NCBI RefSeq assembly: GCF_947568905.1
Contig: NC_079172.1
Location: forward strand, 61,690,001 to 61,754,000
Source: Ostrea edulis
Taxonomy: Eukaryota
Length of the DNA: 64,000 nucleotides
Direction of reading: 5' to 3'
The notes under the pieces were generated by a model. It had not been told where the DNA came from. It searched no databases and saw only the letters and a program-made list of their open reading frames with translations. This document shows, piece by piece, positions 38,240 to 51,006 of this stretch (positions within the stretch are counted from its first letter, which is position 1; the number at the start of each line of letters is the position of its first letter). Made by a program: the position numbers and the translations under genes.

Positions 38240-38880
38240 TGTATAGCTAAAATATAATAATATCAGATATGAAAATAAAAGAACATATAATTACAGATAT
38301 TATTTCGGTAATTCCTGCCCATATAACAGTAGGTCCTGACAGCATTAGTCATAAAATGAAATGGAACCTTTACAAGACATTTCAAAACCAATTTGCATAT
38401 TATTCAACAAATCGCTATCACTACGCATTTTTCCAGATTATTGGAAATTAGCACATGTTCTTCCATATATTACTATACAAGAAGGATGACCCATCTATCA
38501 CCTCAAACTACAGGTCAGTGTCACTGTTCAGTTGTATACTAGTAATTAAAATGTTTGAAAGAGAATTATTTTTACAACTACCTACATTCACACAATACAT
38601 GTAAATTTTAAAACTATCAAGCAGGGTTTTTACCGGACAGTCTACAGTGTCCCAACATTTAAAAACATACCAACGTATTGCGGAAATTGCATTCTCTACC
38701 CAGAGTTCCGTGCGCTCCTCGCACTGAAGCTTGCGTAACGCGCCCTCTGGTGAGAGAATGGCGGAAATTGTTGTCAACGGCAAATACTGCTGTATGGTTT
38801 TATATCATCTATCTATTAAAGCCTTCCACAGAATCTGGCACATCGACAAAATGATGCGGGTGTGGAATAGACAGTTTGGA
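38240..38880 (+). mobile_element. CR1-type LINE RT N-terminal fragment
   Basis: Degenerate GPDSISHKM, PDYWKLAHVLP, YKKDDPSITSNYRSVSLFSC and KAFHRIWH motifs. Confidence 0.7.
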
Positions 38881-38965
38881 ACTGTTTAAACTATACTTCC
38901 ACCCTTACTAGTGCCTTGAGAAGGCATTAAATGGATGGAATATTATCCGATTTTCAATACTTTAA

Positions 38966-39980
38966 AGGGACTGATTCACGATTTTACCAAAAATTTTGTT
39001 TTTCACTTTTAATGATCAAAATCTACTGTCTAATGTGTTTGAAAGATTTCACATGAAAATTAAGGTGATAGCTCATTTTAGAGAGTTTATTATTTGTTTT
39101 GTAAACAAAGATTGCGGTATGCTATTGCTTACGAATTTTTCAAAAGAAATGGATATCGATCTAAGTATCATCATATCTCTCATATTTCAAGCATTTTTGG
39201 GGTGAAATGTGTCATCTAATTTGTGACTATGCAAAATTAAGATGCATTATATTACAAAATCAATAGTTCACTTGTTTGTTTGTTTACATAAAAAGACTCG
39301 AGTCTTTGTTTACATAACACATATTTAAAGGGACTGGTTCACGATTTTTGGGAAAAATATTTTTCATTTTTGATGTTAAACATTACAAATATAACTCATT
39401 CAATGTTGACAGCCAAAATTTTGACTTTCTAAATGCAAGAATAAAAGCAATATTTTAGCCTTAAATCTGTGTGATGTAAACAGAGATTCGAGTCTTTTAA
39501 TGTATACAAACAAACCAGTGAAACAATAATTTTGTAATATAAAGCATTTTAATTCTGCAGAGTCACAAATTTTAACTTTTAGATGACACATTTTACCCAA
39601 AGAATGGTCGAAATGTGAAAGATATGATAAACTTTGATCAATATCTATTTCTTTTGAAAATTACGTAAGCAATAACACACCACAATCTTTGTTTACAAAA
39701 CAAATTATAAACTCCCTAAAATGAGCTTCTGTGCTAATATATCACTTTATTTTTCATGTGAAATCTTTTAAACATATCAAACAGTAGATTTTGATCATTA
39801 AAAGTGAAAAACAAAATTTTGGGGGAAATCGTGAATCAGTCCCTTTAAGGCTAAAATATTACATTTATTCTTGCATTCAGAAGGTCAAAATTTTGGCTGT
39901 CAACATTAAATGAGCTATATTTCTAATGTTTAACATCAAAAATGAAAAATATTTTTATCAAAAATCGTGAACCAGTCCCT
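38966..39980. mobile_element. Kolobok-like MITE containing an inverted copy of the same family (39329-39844)
   Basis: Two end types, agggactgattcacg and agggactggttcacg. The inner copy is flanked by TTAA at 39325-39328 and 39845-39848. Confidence 0.8.
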
Positions 39981-40675
39981 CGGATACGGCTCTCTTTGAA
40001 TTTGAATCAAAGAACAAGAAGACGAGTATCAGATTTATCCTAAACGTATCTCTAGATGATCTGTATTTTTTTTTCAAAGCTGACGGATTGGCTCTCATTG
40101 GAGTAGGTTCTACCTCAACTGTCAATAACATATGCATGTAATATTCCTCATTCAGCGAAATCAATACGAGTCTCAGTGGCAAATTCCAGGAACGGATTCT
40201 TATCCGTACAAAGTCTAGAATTCACTGTCGTGTGCCCTCAAAATTCTGAAAACCAAGATGACAACTACAGCTTGTGGGTAAAAAAGAATATTGCTGGATA
40301 AGTTAAAAGCTCTCGCTGAACCCCGTAGTCGCCGTACTTCGTAATATTTAAAGTTTGATATTAATACAGTCATACTCTCCTCGGCTTATCCAGAGGATTC
40401 CAAGAATGTGGGGTTCAGGAAGCGTTAAGAGAAAATAGACAACAGTAAACAAATGATATTGATAGATTTGTTTCAGCAAGAGAAATGTTGACGTACACCT
40501 CAGATTCAATCGAACCAGACCACAATTCTCCATCCGGAGCGATGCAGGAAGCAGTGACAAGTGGTTATTCATTTAGTGTCCTTAGTCATAGTCATTTTAG
40601 ATCAGATGCAGCACCTGAATCATGAATTAGAGGCGTCCCGATACTTCATAAGAGCGAGTTTAATTGAAAGTAAAA

Positions 40676-41009
40676 TGGTTGTATCTTGCTTAACGTTCCC
40701 CTCGAGAATTTTTCACCCATATGGAGACGTCACCAAGACCGGTGAAGGGCTTCAAACCTAAGCCTATACTCGGCGCTTATTGCCATTGAGCATGGGTTCT
40801 TCAGCGTGCCACATCTACTGTGACACGAGACATCCGTTTTTAAGGTCATCTCCAAGTACCCGTGACATTCACACTTGATGCCGATCATTTGGCGATGTAA
40901 CTGTCACTTACCTGTTTTAACGACTTAGGTCTGTCGCGACCGGGATTTGAATCCCGACCTTCCGCATGCGCGGGGAGAAACGCTCTTCCTCCAAACCACC
41001 GCGGCGGTC
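40676..41009 (-). mobile_element. tRNA-derived SINE (bivalve Meta-domain-like), near full length
   Basis: Minus-strand head with B-box-like ggattcaaatccc. The body matches 22398-22733. Confidence 0.8.
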
Positions 41010-41065
41010 GAAAGTAAAATGAAAGCAAACTTGTATTATATCGTTGATTTGATGGACAAATTATC

Positions 41066-41428
41066 AAAATTACTTTGTTAAACACCACGTACTTTGATTC
41101 TATGTACAAATACTCTGAAGTTCATACTAAAATGATGCTGGAGTTACTCATTGATAGTATCTCCTTAGTCTTTGGTGATCAGGACTTCCAACCGTCAGTT
41201 AGAATATCCATGGACATGAATTGCGCTCTCTATTAGCAGACCTGATTTTGTATTCTTACGAGGAAGAATTTAATCAAAAACTTCTACATCTAAGAAAAAA
41301 CAAAAATTCGGTTGCTGTGACCTTCAACTTGACATTTAGATATGTATATCGACGATGTTCTATCATAAATTATCATTTACATTCGTATGTCAATTCAATA
41401 TATCCCAGTGAACTCGAAATAAAAGACA
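41066..41428 (+). mobile_element. Penelope-like RT core fragment (motifs B and C), decayed
   Basis: Reads, with shifts, YKYSEVHTKMMLELLID..VFGDQDFQ.SV.I.M..NCA.LLADLILYSYEEEFNQKLL...FNLTFRY.IDDVLS...YVNSIYPSELEIKD. Confidence 0.8.
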
Positions 41429-42033
41429 ATACAGGTACTGCTCGTTATCTTCAACTTTTCATGTAGCAAAACCAAGACTTCTGTAATGATGTTCTGAACA
41501 TAGGGATCACCTGCCTTAAACCAGCAGCACGAAGGGTTTGTAAATAGAGACACAAATACAACGTACTCAACTTCTCGTGAACAAGGGTACAATTTCAAGC
41601 TTTCATTTGCTGTAGATCCATATTTTCAAAACCAGTCGATCTTCTTGCGACTCTCACATAAATACAAATCTACACGGCTTCATAGAAACGCAACAAAATA
41701 CTGGAACTTGTCAAAATAACACAGGGGTCTTTATTATAGTATATATTCAGGATTTTTCTCAAACTTTTCAAAGCTGTAACTGACGGCATTTTTTTCAACA
41801 ATCAAATTATACTCCAAATAACACCTATCGGTATAACTAATTAATATAATCCCAAAGATCGGAAGAAAAATTCAGCAAAATAAACAAGGGAATATTGTTT
41901 GAAAGCATACCTACATGTACAATGAGCGTTTCGTCGTGTACTCTGGGGCGATGGTTGCCGAACATAATGAGGTTGCTAAGACCGAGACAGAAACTAACGT
42001 GAGTAACTACACGTGCCGTTTGTTTTAAAATAT

Positions 42034-42315
42034 CAGTGGCGGATTTAGAAGGAAAAAAACCCACACCCGAACCTATAAAGGATGTGGTGACTATAAATGA
42101 AAGGAAGAAGGAATAAAAATTTATTTCAGTCAAAATGCAATAAAATGCACCATTTTAAATCAATCTTTAAAAAAAAAAAATTCCAAGGCGAGGAACAAGA
42201 ATTTCAGTCGAAAATGCATCATTTTAAAAAAAATTCCCCCATGGGAGGAGTTAACCCCTCCCCCTTCGGGCCTAAACCAACCACCAACCCAGAGTAAGGT
42301 CTAGATCCGTCATTG
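42034..42315. mobile_element. hAT-like MITE
   Basis: TIRs cagtggcggatttag and ctagatccgtcattg, with internal aaatgcaccattt repeats. Confidence 0.65.
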
Positions 42316-45300
42316 AAGAAGTACTGTAAGATAGTTATAATCATGCAATTGTGCCACTAAAATGTAATTTTGATAGTGAATTTTCTTCAAGATTGGCATG
42401 TTAGATTGTTTCAAATTTGACACGTGCCCAGTGCGCCTCTTCCGGTTTTTTTTTAAACCGAACTGGTGACCCCCGAGCTTAATGCACATGGGAGATTACA
42501 AGCAGGAATTACTGACAGGATGAAAATGATTCATGAATCAACATTTTCTGCTGATTTGACGGGTTTATTGCTTCAGATCCACTCTGATTCTAAGAAATTA
42601 TATATACATGTATTCAATCAGAAATATGTTAAATATTTGCCGTTTCATTTTTCAGTTTATTTGCCGTCAGTTACAGCTTGTATTGCTTTAAGATGATGGT
42701 TGGACCAAATGCATTGAAGTTTTACAAAGAAATACAATGTATACCTAGGAATTTGCTTTATCTGGAGAGTTTGTATACCACATTGTACATATTCACAATA
42801 AACTTTGACTACTTAGAAGTCTCATACTTGTGGTAATCTTTCTTTAGATTTATTCAAATCATCCAGCACAAATGAGCAAGAACACACAAGTCAAAGGAAT
42901 TTGAGGTTTAATAAAATCACAGACAACAGAAAATTAACACATCTGAATTATGCATCAAGGAGTCATTCTTTCCTATACTGAACATGTTTAAGAAAAATAA
43001 ATAATTTCATGTTAAAACTCTCTCACAAAGTTAAACTGTAGTACAACAATTTTCAAAATGTTTTACGTTCTTCATTAAAGAATGTCATATCTGGTCAGAG
43101 TTGTCCGTCTTGTCAGACCGTGTACATTTCATACAACAAACGCCTGGTTCAATATTATGTACGTTATGTAAACAGAAAGTACAAGTAAGGCCCTGTATAT
43201 TTCATTCAATAGATGCCAGGTTCAGTGGCATGTACATGTTATATGCAAACAGAAAGTACTCCATCATAAAACTTACCTAGGCAATCTCGTCACACTGTTA
43301 AAGATAAGTAGAAGAGAAAAACACATCAAAATTAAATCAGTTAATCTAAAAACTGTACCGTGGTTTTAAATCTTGAATAACACTTTTACAAATGTATGTG
43401 GCCTTGGATAAGGTTTTTTTGAATAAGTACAATTTCCACACACAGTTGTATAGGAATGTTTATATAAACCAATAACACTTCTTGTATACTAAATAAACTT
43501 ATGCAGGTTTTCTCTGCATGAAAAACAAACCCACCAAAAGATTGTGAGATACCAGTGTACAAGGCAAAGCCCCATACACATAGTAATACCAACCATAAAA
43601 AAAAACACCACAGTATTAACTACTTATTGCACATGCCTGAACTGGTCTGATAATACTATTTATAAATGCTATCTGTTTTACAGGTACTTTCTACTACAGA
43701 TTCTCTAAGGTAAGCCCGGAATTCTACCCATGTGAACATAACGGGGGCATAGTTATCTAGTTATTAACTATACAAGCTCCATGTTCAATCAGTAATCTCG
43801 TGACATTAAACATAAAGATTATTTCAACGATACAAAAATTATATCATTACATGAAATTCAAAGCATCCCCACAAATTCTTTGTGATGGGAAATAACAATT
43901 ACATTGTACATTTACCATTCATCCTGATAAGAATATAACAGTGGACTTTAAAATCCCAGACTAGTGCAATATTTAAATGATTTATCATAAAAACCTTCAT
44001 GTAATTTATGCACTTTGTACATTTCTAACAAGTCATTGAATTGACTGGTTCAAGTACATTAATAAATAAAAATGAAGTAATTGTCCATTTGACCTATTGA
44101 TAGGTAACATGCAATGGTCAGTACACGTGCGTATATTTGTGTTAGATTTACTCTGTGTGTACGTGATATACAGTCTGTGCTGTGTTGTCCTAAACAGAAT
44201 ATCCGTAAAACAGTTTGGTTTATATCTCACACAGTTTTAGAAGGATCACCTAGGCTCACTGAGATAATGTTCTACATCACAACTTGTTGAAATTGACGAC
44301 TAGCAAAATACATCACAACAAGTGACACATCATTAAGGACATACATGACATTTCTTACTAATATACAGTTTTTTGTGACACTTCAAATACAATTCACTTG
44401 CGTTCTATCTCATTTCTACAATTTTTTTTAGGTATATTACCATGTCTGTTTTGGAGTTAGCCTAGTATTTTGATAGTTTCTGGTTGTTGCAAGTAAAAAT
44501 GTAAAGTCAGCTCTTATGTATTACGGTAAGTTGTAAAAATGGACATTACTGTAGCAAAGGAGAGAAAAATCTTTGGAACAATTGGGTATGGAACCTGGTA
44601 CTCTTACATTACTAGTTAGGTGATCTAACAGGCCAATATATGATGCATAGTAATATTACTACAATATGAATTTTAAACCCATTTTGGAAATCCTTCAAGA
44701 ACTGTTCATATTGTGATGTAAAAGTAATTTTAGTGAATGTCAAAAACCTCGCATATGTCCCTGAATTGAATCATATACCAAGAAAAATGTATTGTTAAGA
44801 GAATTAAAAGATGAGTTGGCCATTGCACTGTGTTTTGACAGTGAATGACCACAGCAATCTAGGAATCATTTTAATGATATATTCTAAATGTTTCTATCCT
44901 TCATCAGTTATTTTTATAGCCATCACTCTGTCTTAGAACAGTTAGTAAAGAGTAATACTGAAATCTTGGTACCTACTGTACTTAAGTTACTATGGAATAA
45001 ACACAGAAGTGTAAGCTATTAATGAAATATTGCAGTTCTGTTTAAGAAAAAGGGGAGGATTCTGAAGAATTGCTACAATCCACACCCTATTCAAAGCCCT
45101 CTCATTAAACACGTTATCTAATGCTTTCCTTAACAATGCTAAAACTTATCTAGCCATGTTTATGCTCACACACTCATGTTTTGATTCTAGCAACCTCTAC
45201 CAATAAGGCAAGACAAAATCACTAGCAATTTGAAGTTCAGTTAATCTATCCAAATAGATATATAAATAAATACATAACTAGATTATAAAGTTAAAATGAC

Positions 45301-45410
45301 TGCACATTTCCATGTTTAGTCCCTTTTTTACACAGTACTATTAAAACTAAAGTCGTAAACCAAAGTCCAGAAGGAAACAGTTTGAATGTGTATAATTAAT
45401 GACTGTTCCC

Positions 45411-45707
45411 TCAAGATGACTTCAGGTGTCCATTGTTTGGATTGGGCTGATGAGATATTACTCCATTCTTTCCACTGAGATTGTCCAACGCTGACTGATC
45501 CTGACCCCAGTCAATGTCAAACACTGACACTTCCTCTTCCTTCAGGGAAGGTTTCAAAAACACGTTCTGGGAGATCCATGTGAAAAACTTGCCCCCAGTT
45601 GGTATAAGTAGTGCCTGGTGTGTCATTGCACAGATTCGATAATACGGCCCATAGAATGGATCCGATACTGCTGGACACAACATGTTATTTAAGTTCACCC
45701 AAGATAT
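45411..45707 (-). CDS. TMEM164: Transmembrane protein 164, coding exon 5 (last)
   Basis: [25 protein letters not shown] matches vertebrate [25 protein letters not shown]. Acceptor tttctgcag at 45708, stop at 45411. Confidence 0.93.
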   Translation of the reverse strand: MSWVNLNNMLCPAVSDPFYGPYYRICAMTHQALLIPTGGKFFTWISQNVFLKPSLKEEEVSVFDIDWGQDQSALDNLSGKNGVISHQPNPNNGHLKSS

Positions 45708-46295
45708 CTGCAGAAAGCAAAAATTGCATATTGTTACAGAATTCAGTGTCAATCTACAATTACAATATTGAATAAAATGAAAATGTAAAGTTTGAGATAT
45801 ATCTTGCCTCATAGCTTCTGTGATTACTTTCTCCATCATTCAAATGAAACAAGAAAACAAAGCTCCAGTATGCATGTACTTTTAAAAATTGTTAAACTTA
45901 ATTTAACACAAAGTTTTGTACAAGCTGGAGTATTGTAATAAAACCAGAAATTGAGACCTCCAGTGTTTAGTAATCAGTATAAGTTATGATATGAATTAGA
46001 TACCAAGTTTAGCACAAATGACAACTAACTTCAGGTTCGGTCACTCTGAAGTGACTTGAAAATTGACCACTCAGTAAGTTGTCCCTCTGATTGTGGCATT
46101 GTAAATAAATGTTAAACCTTTCTCCAATGACACAACTGGGCCGCAAGTAGCCACTGTGTCCAATAAATTTCCATATAATTTCTCTCTTTGATTGTGATAT
46201 TAAATATCTGATATGCCTAAAAACCCAGCATAAAAACATGACCCCCCCCCCCCTCCCCCTCAAGTCATCACTAATAACATAATGAATATACTTAC

Positions 46296-46396
46296 ATAGG
46301 CAAGTAACTGTACAGGTACGAAGTATATAATATACAGGACTCCCATGGACACCAATGCCCAGCTAAAGTCTAACACAGACTCAGCAGTGTAGGAAC
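46296..46396 (-). CDS. TMEM164: TMEM164 coding exon 4
   Basis: GSYTAESVLDFSWALVSMGVLYIIYFVPVQLLAY. Acceptor ttggcag, donor gtaagt, phases 1 and 0. Confidence 0.9.
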
Positions 46397-46648
46397 CTGC
46401 CAAGACAACAGGTTTACAATTCAAGACATGGTTACAGGCTGTATATAGGTTTACAATTAAAGACAACATTATACAGGTTTACAATAAAATACAGGAACCT
46501 GGCAAGACATAATAGTTGACATTTTTTATTCAAGACAAGATTGTACTGGTTTGCAATTTACATGTAGGACAAAAGTACACGGGTTTACAGTTCAGGGTAA
46601 TATTGTAAGGTTTACAATTCAATGTAGGAACCTCGCAAGATAGGATAC

Positions 46649-46962
46649 AGAATTTTTCACTCATATTGAGAAGTCACCAGTGTAGGTGAAGTGCCACAAA
46701 TTTAGACCTATGTTTAGCACTTGGGACTGTAACAGTGAGGGTTCTTTATCATGCCAATCCCTGCCCCAACACTGAACTTCCATTGTTAAGATTGTATCCA
46801 AAAGACCTGTGATTCTCACTTCATTTGATAAAGGAGCAATCACTCCCTATTTCTAAGTCTGAACTCTTAGCATTTGGTAAAGGAGTAATCACTACCTATT
46901 TCTAAGTCTAAACTCTTTGGTCTCAGATCAGCCAGGAAGCAAACCCTCTAACCCCTGAGCTA
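46649..46962 (-). mobile_element. Diverged SINE with an internal duplication
   Basis: Shared SINE body, with ggag(c/t)aatcact.cctatttctaagtct duplicated. Confidence 0.6.
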
Positions 46963-46966
46963 ATAC

Positions 46967-47847
46967 AACTGGTGCACCGTGTTCTATTCAGGGGATGTAT
47001 AACACCACCAGGTGGTACACCATGTACTATCCAAGGAACTCTAACACACCATCAGGTGGTGCACCCTGTACTACCCAGGAGATGTATAACACCACCAGGT
47101 GGTACACCATGTACTATCCAAGGAACTCTAACACACTACCAGGTGGTGCACCATGTACTACCCAAGGAACTCTAACACACCACCAGGTGGTGCACCATGT
47201 ACTATCCAAGGAACTCTAACACACCACCAGGTGGTGCACCATGTACTACCCAAGGAACTCTAATACACCACCAGGTGGTGCACCCTGTACTACCCAAGGA
47301 ACTCTAATACACCACCAGGTGGTGCATCCTGTACTACCCAGGAGATGTATAACACCACCAGGTGATGCACCATGTACTATCCAAGGAACTCTAACACACC
47401 ACCAGGTGGTGCACCCTGTACTACCCAGGAGATGTATAACACCATCAGGTGGTGCACCCTGTACTACCCAGGGGACTGTATAACACCACCAGGTGGTCAC
47501 CCTGTACTACCCAAGGAACTCTAACACACCACCAAGTGGTTCACCCTGTACTACCCAGGAGATGTATAACACCATCAGGTGGTGCACCCTGTGCTACCCA
47601 GGAGATGTATAACACCATCAGGTGGTGCACCATGTACTACCCAGGAGATGTATCACACCATCAGGTGGTGCACCATGTACTACCCAGGAGATGTATAACA
47701 CCATCAGGTGGTGCACCCTGTACTACCCAGGGAACTCTAACACACCACCAGGTGGTACACCATGTACTACCCAAGGAACTCTAACACACCACCAGGTGGT
47801 GCACCATGTACTACCCAAGGAACTCTAACACACCACCAGGTGGTACA
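46967..47847. repeat. 41-43-bp minisatellite, about 20 copies, with an internal palindrome
   Basis: Unit aacacaccaccaggtggtgcaccatgtactacccaaggaactct and a ggagatgtat variant. Confidence 0.92.
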
Positions 47848-48128
47848 TTTTGGAATAATATCACACATGCACTACCTCGATCTAACCCAAAAAACACTAC
47901 AAATGGCCAAATGTATCCATATTTTTTCAATGTATCAACTTGATGGGGCCAAGAAAAAACTTTGAGATATCTATGGGTTCGGAATATTGAGATTAAAATA
48001 CATAACGAAAATGTAGTTGAAACTTTCTCAACTCCACTGCGGTTATGACACTGTAATTACAACACTGACTGTAATATATAATACATATTCATTACCTCCG
48101 ACTGTAATATATAATACATATTCATTAC

Positions 48129-48207
48129 CTCCAATTTTGAGTAAGTAGAATGGAATGACTAGCATCAGCAAATGTTGTATATAATACACCTCAGTCTCAA
48201 ATGGCAA
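48129..48207 (-). CDS. TMEM164: TMEM164 coding exon 3
   Basis: LPFETEVYYIQHLLMLVIPFYLLKIG matches human [26 protein letters not shown]. Phases 0 and 1. Confidence 0.92.
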
Positions 48208-49556
48208 CTGTAAAAACAACAGAATAGAATTATACAGTGTCACAAATTGCATACAGTGTTTGACAGATCACTAAGAACCAAATCTAAAGTCTCACAAACT
48301 GCATACTGTGAACAGTGATTGACAGATCACTAACAACCGAGTCTGGAGTCTACAATGCTTTGTCATTTACTATCACATTAATTAACCTACTATATCTCAA
48401 CCATGGTTATGTCTAATACCATTATAACATTTTTACAAATCTTAGTCTGTTTCATTCACTAGTACTATGCAACTTTCTTTATGCTAGGAGTGGGCTCATT
48501 TTCAGTCTAAGCAGTCACATTGTACCTGATGTATCTTAAAATCATCAATATCTACACCCTGCATGCTCAAGTTACTTTTTCCCTATAAAAACCTGAGGTA
48601 AAGTTTGTAGATATAGACATATTTACAACAGGGATGTCAGTTTTATTCTAATTTATTACTCAACAACTCAAAGACTTTAGTTGAGTGATAATCCAGTTCT
48701 TGTTGCTTAAATACAAAACCTGGTAAATCATTACTTCCAAATGTCAACATTTATTCAGTCTTAAAACTTTACACTGATACCTGTTGATGCAAACAATCAT
48801 TATGTTAAACTTTAGATTAATTTTACTATTATATTAATGCTTAAATTTTATTTGACTGACGGTAGTGTATATACCCTTTACTTGACTGAAGGTAACGTGA
48901 ATAACCTTTATAAAACAAGCATGACCCAGAGATTGTTTAATCTTTCAATACACATGCACTGCAAAGAGTTATGAAAAAGAAGTTCAAAGGGGAAAAAAAG
49001 GATTATACAGTTCTGCATAAACTGCTGTGATAAAAAAAAATTTTTGCTATTTCTGAATTTGACAGTTACTTTAGATTTTTTCCATTTTTAAATGAACCAA
49101 AGAGTATGACTCACTATCAAATGACATACATGTAGATTTAAAAAAGAAAAAACGGTGATAAGCAAAGTGTGAAAATAATCTATGTACCATAAATTTAACT
49201 CAATTTCCTTGGTATAATCTTTTCTAGTTTGATAAACTGCAATTTGTTAAAACTTGTTTTGTAAAAAAGAAGGGGGGGGGGGCAATTTTTGGAATATCTT
49301 ATTTTTACTTTTTCTCAATTATTTTCATAGCAATTCCTTTGAATAAATTTGAGTCCCTTTATTCAAGGATGTGTTGTGATAAGTTTGGTCAAAATAGGCT
49401 CAGTGGTTCTGCAGAATTTCTGAAGTAAAAAATGTGAATATGAATGAAAAGTGTTTGCAATGCCAATGACAGATAAATCTTGATCAGAATAGCTCACTTG
49501 AGTCTATGGTTCAATTGATCTAATAAGTATATAAAATGGATGAATTGAAATTTTAC

Positions 49557-49673
49557 CAATCGAGTATTTGTTACAGGAAATAGGATAGCAATGGGTGCCC
49601 CTGTCAACATGTGTAGATGAAGACGAAAGACGGTTGTGGTCAGCCTCCCTGGGGGTGCTGCTAGACAGAATAT
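49557..49673 (-). CDS. TMEM164: TMEM164 coding exon 2
   Basis: IFCLAAPPGRLTTTVFRLHLHMLTGAPIAILFPVTNTRL matches human IFLLACPP...[25 protein letters not shown]. Confidence 0.93.
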
Positions 49674-50051
49674 CTGTAACACACAATTTGAGGAATAAAA
49701 CGACAAACGAATAAAACTACAAACGAATAAAACTACAAACGAACTCATCTGAAAATGGAACTGAAGCCACTGGCAATATAGAGTAAAAACAGCAACAATA
49801 CATATATATCACATCACATGAACGACTGTTGACACAGAACTTCCTTCAAAAGAATATAATTATATAGAACAGAGTTTGCTGTGACTACCCTCAATATCAT
49901 TTACACATATATCCAATTGATTACAAGGTATAGAAAATATGAACCTTAAATCCATTTTCATGCAAATTTGGCACTAGGTCTCTTTTGAAAATCTTAATCT
50001 GCAACTGGCTCTGCTTAATACATGCATATGTGATAATATTCAATCACATAT

Positions 50052-50448
50052 CAGGGATTTTTTAAGGGTCTCTAGGAGACAAAATAAGGCCCCATTCCAA
50101 ATGCTAAAAAGCAGGTATTTTTCCCAATTTTTGCTTTGAAGTTCCCAAACAATGAAAATAAATCAAGCAGGGTAGCCTCATCGTTCATAAATATTCTTCA
50201 CAGGCCCACATATTACAATTTTTGCTTCAAAATTTTTAAGTAATTAAACCTAATTTTTTGGCCTCTACTTATTTGAATGAGGTAAGCTTTGACCAAATTG
50301 AAAGTCAGTAGGAGCCCAATTATACCTTAAAGCATTCTGGATTGGGTTTTTCCCTATTTCTTTGTATGAAATAATTTCAAGCAAACGTCGCTATTTTTCC
50401 CAATTGGAAAGGCCCTAGCCCTTGAAATCAAGACCTTTAAAAACCCTG
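50052..50448. mobile_element. hAT-like MITE
   Basis: TIRs cagggatttttaaggg and cctttaaaaaccctg. Confidence 0.55.
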
Positions 50449-50649
50449 CCTATGCATGTATTTTCACAAGAAAGCCTACCTTTACAGAAATATTGCATAA
50501 CTATGAAATAATCGTATCACCTTACCTGTTCTACAGATATCCCCGATTGTTACAGGTATTAATTATTTAGGAACCCTAACGATACACGCCATGCTTTATA
50601 TAATATTTGTTTGAACACATTACATCATCCTATTACATCACTCTCTCAC

Positions 50650-50991
50650 CTGCATCATTGTTGCCACATGACAGGGGTTAACAATATAAATCATCTGTTT
50701 TGTAGCAAACTTAAAGCCCAGTTCAATCCCAAATATCAGACAATGGATCACTAAAAGAATCCTCTTCCCCACCGGATCCGGTTTGATGACGGGATTCTTT
50801 GGCAGAGTCAGGTGTGAGATGGTCCCATACAGAATCATTCCCGCTGCGGCGCAGCTGATTAACGTCTCGATGATTCTCTGTTTGATGCTGATGAAATCTC
50901 TACATTCAATGCCACCATTCCCTGCCAGGTCAAAGTCCACCCCACCGTAGGCCCAGGCAAATAGACCAGAGGAGTTGTCAATGTCTTCCAT
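50650..50991 (-). CDS. TMEM164: TMEM164 coding exon 1
   Basis: ATG at 50991. WAYGGVDFDLAGNGGIEC...QRIIE...FGIELGFKFATKQMIYIVNPCHVATMMQ. Donor cag|gtgaga at 50650. Confidence 0.95.
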
Positions 50992-51006
50992 AGTGCTACT
51001 CAGTGT

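Noticed and set aside
42097-42297. 66-aa Lys-rich ORF
   Set aside because: Lies wholly inside a MITE and reflects A-runs and internal repeats.
46972-47965. Overlapping ORFs in the palindromic minisatellite
   Set aside because: By-products of tandem repeats inside a TMEM164 intron, with no protein-like features.
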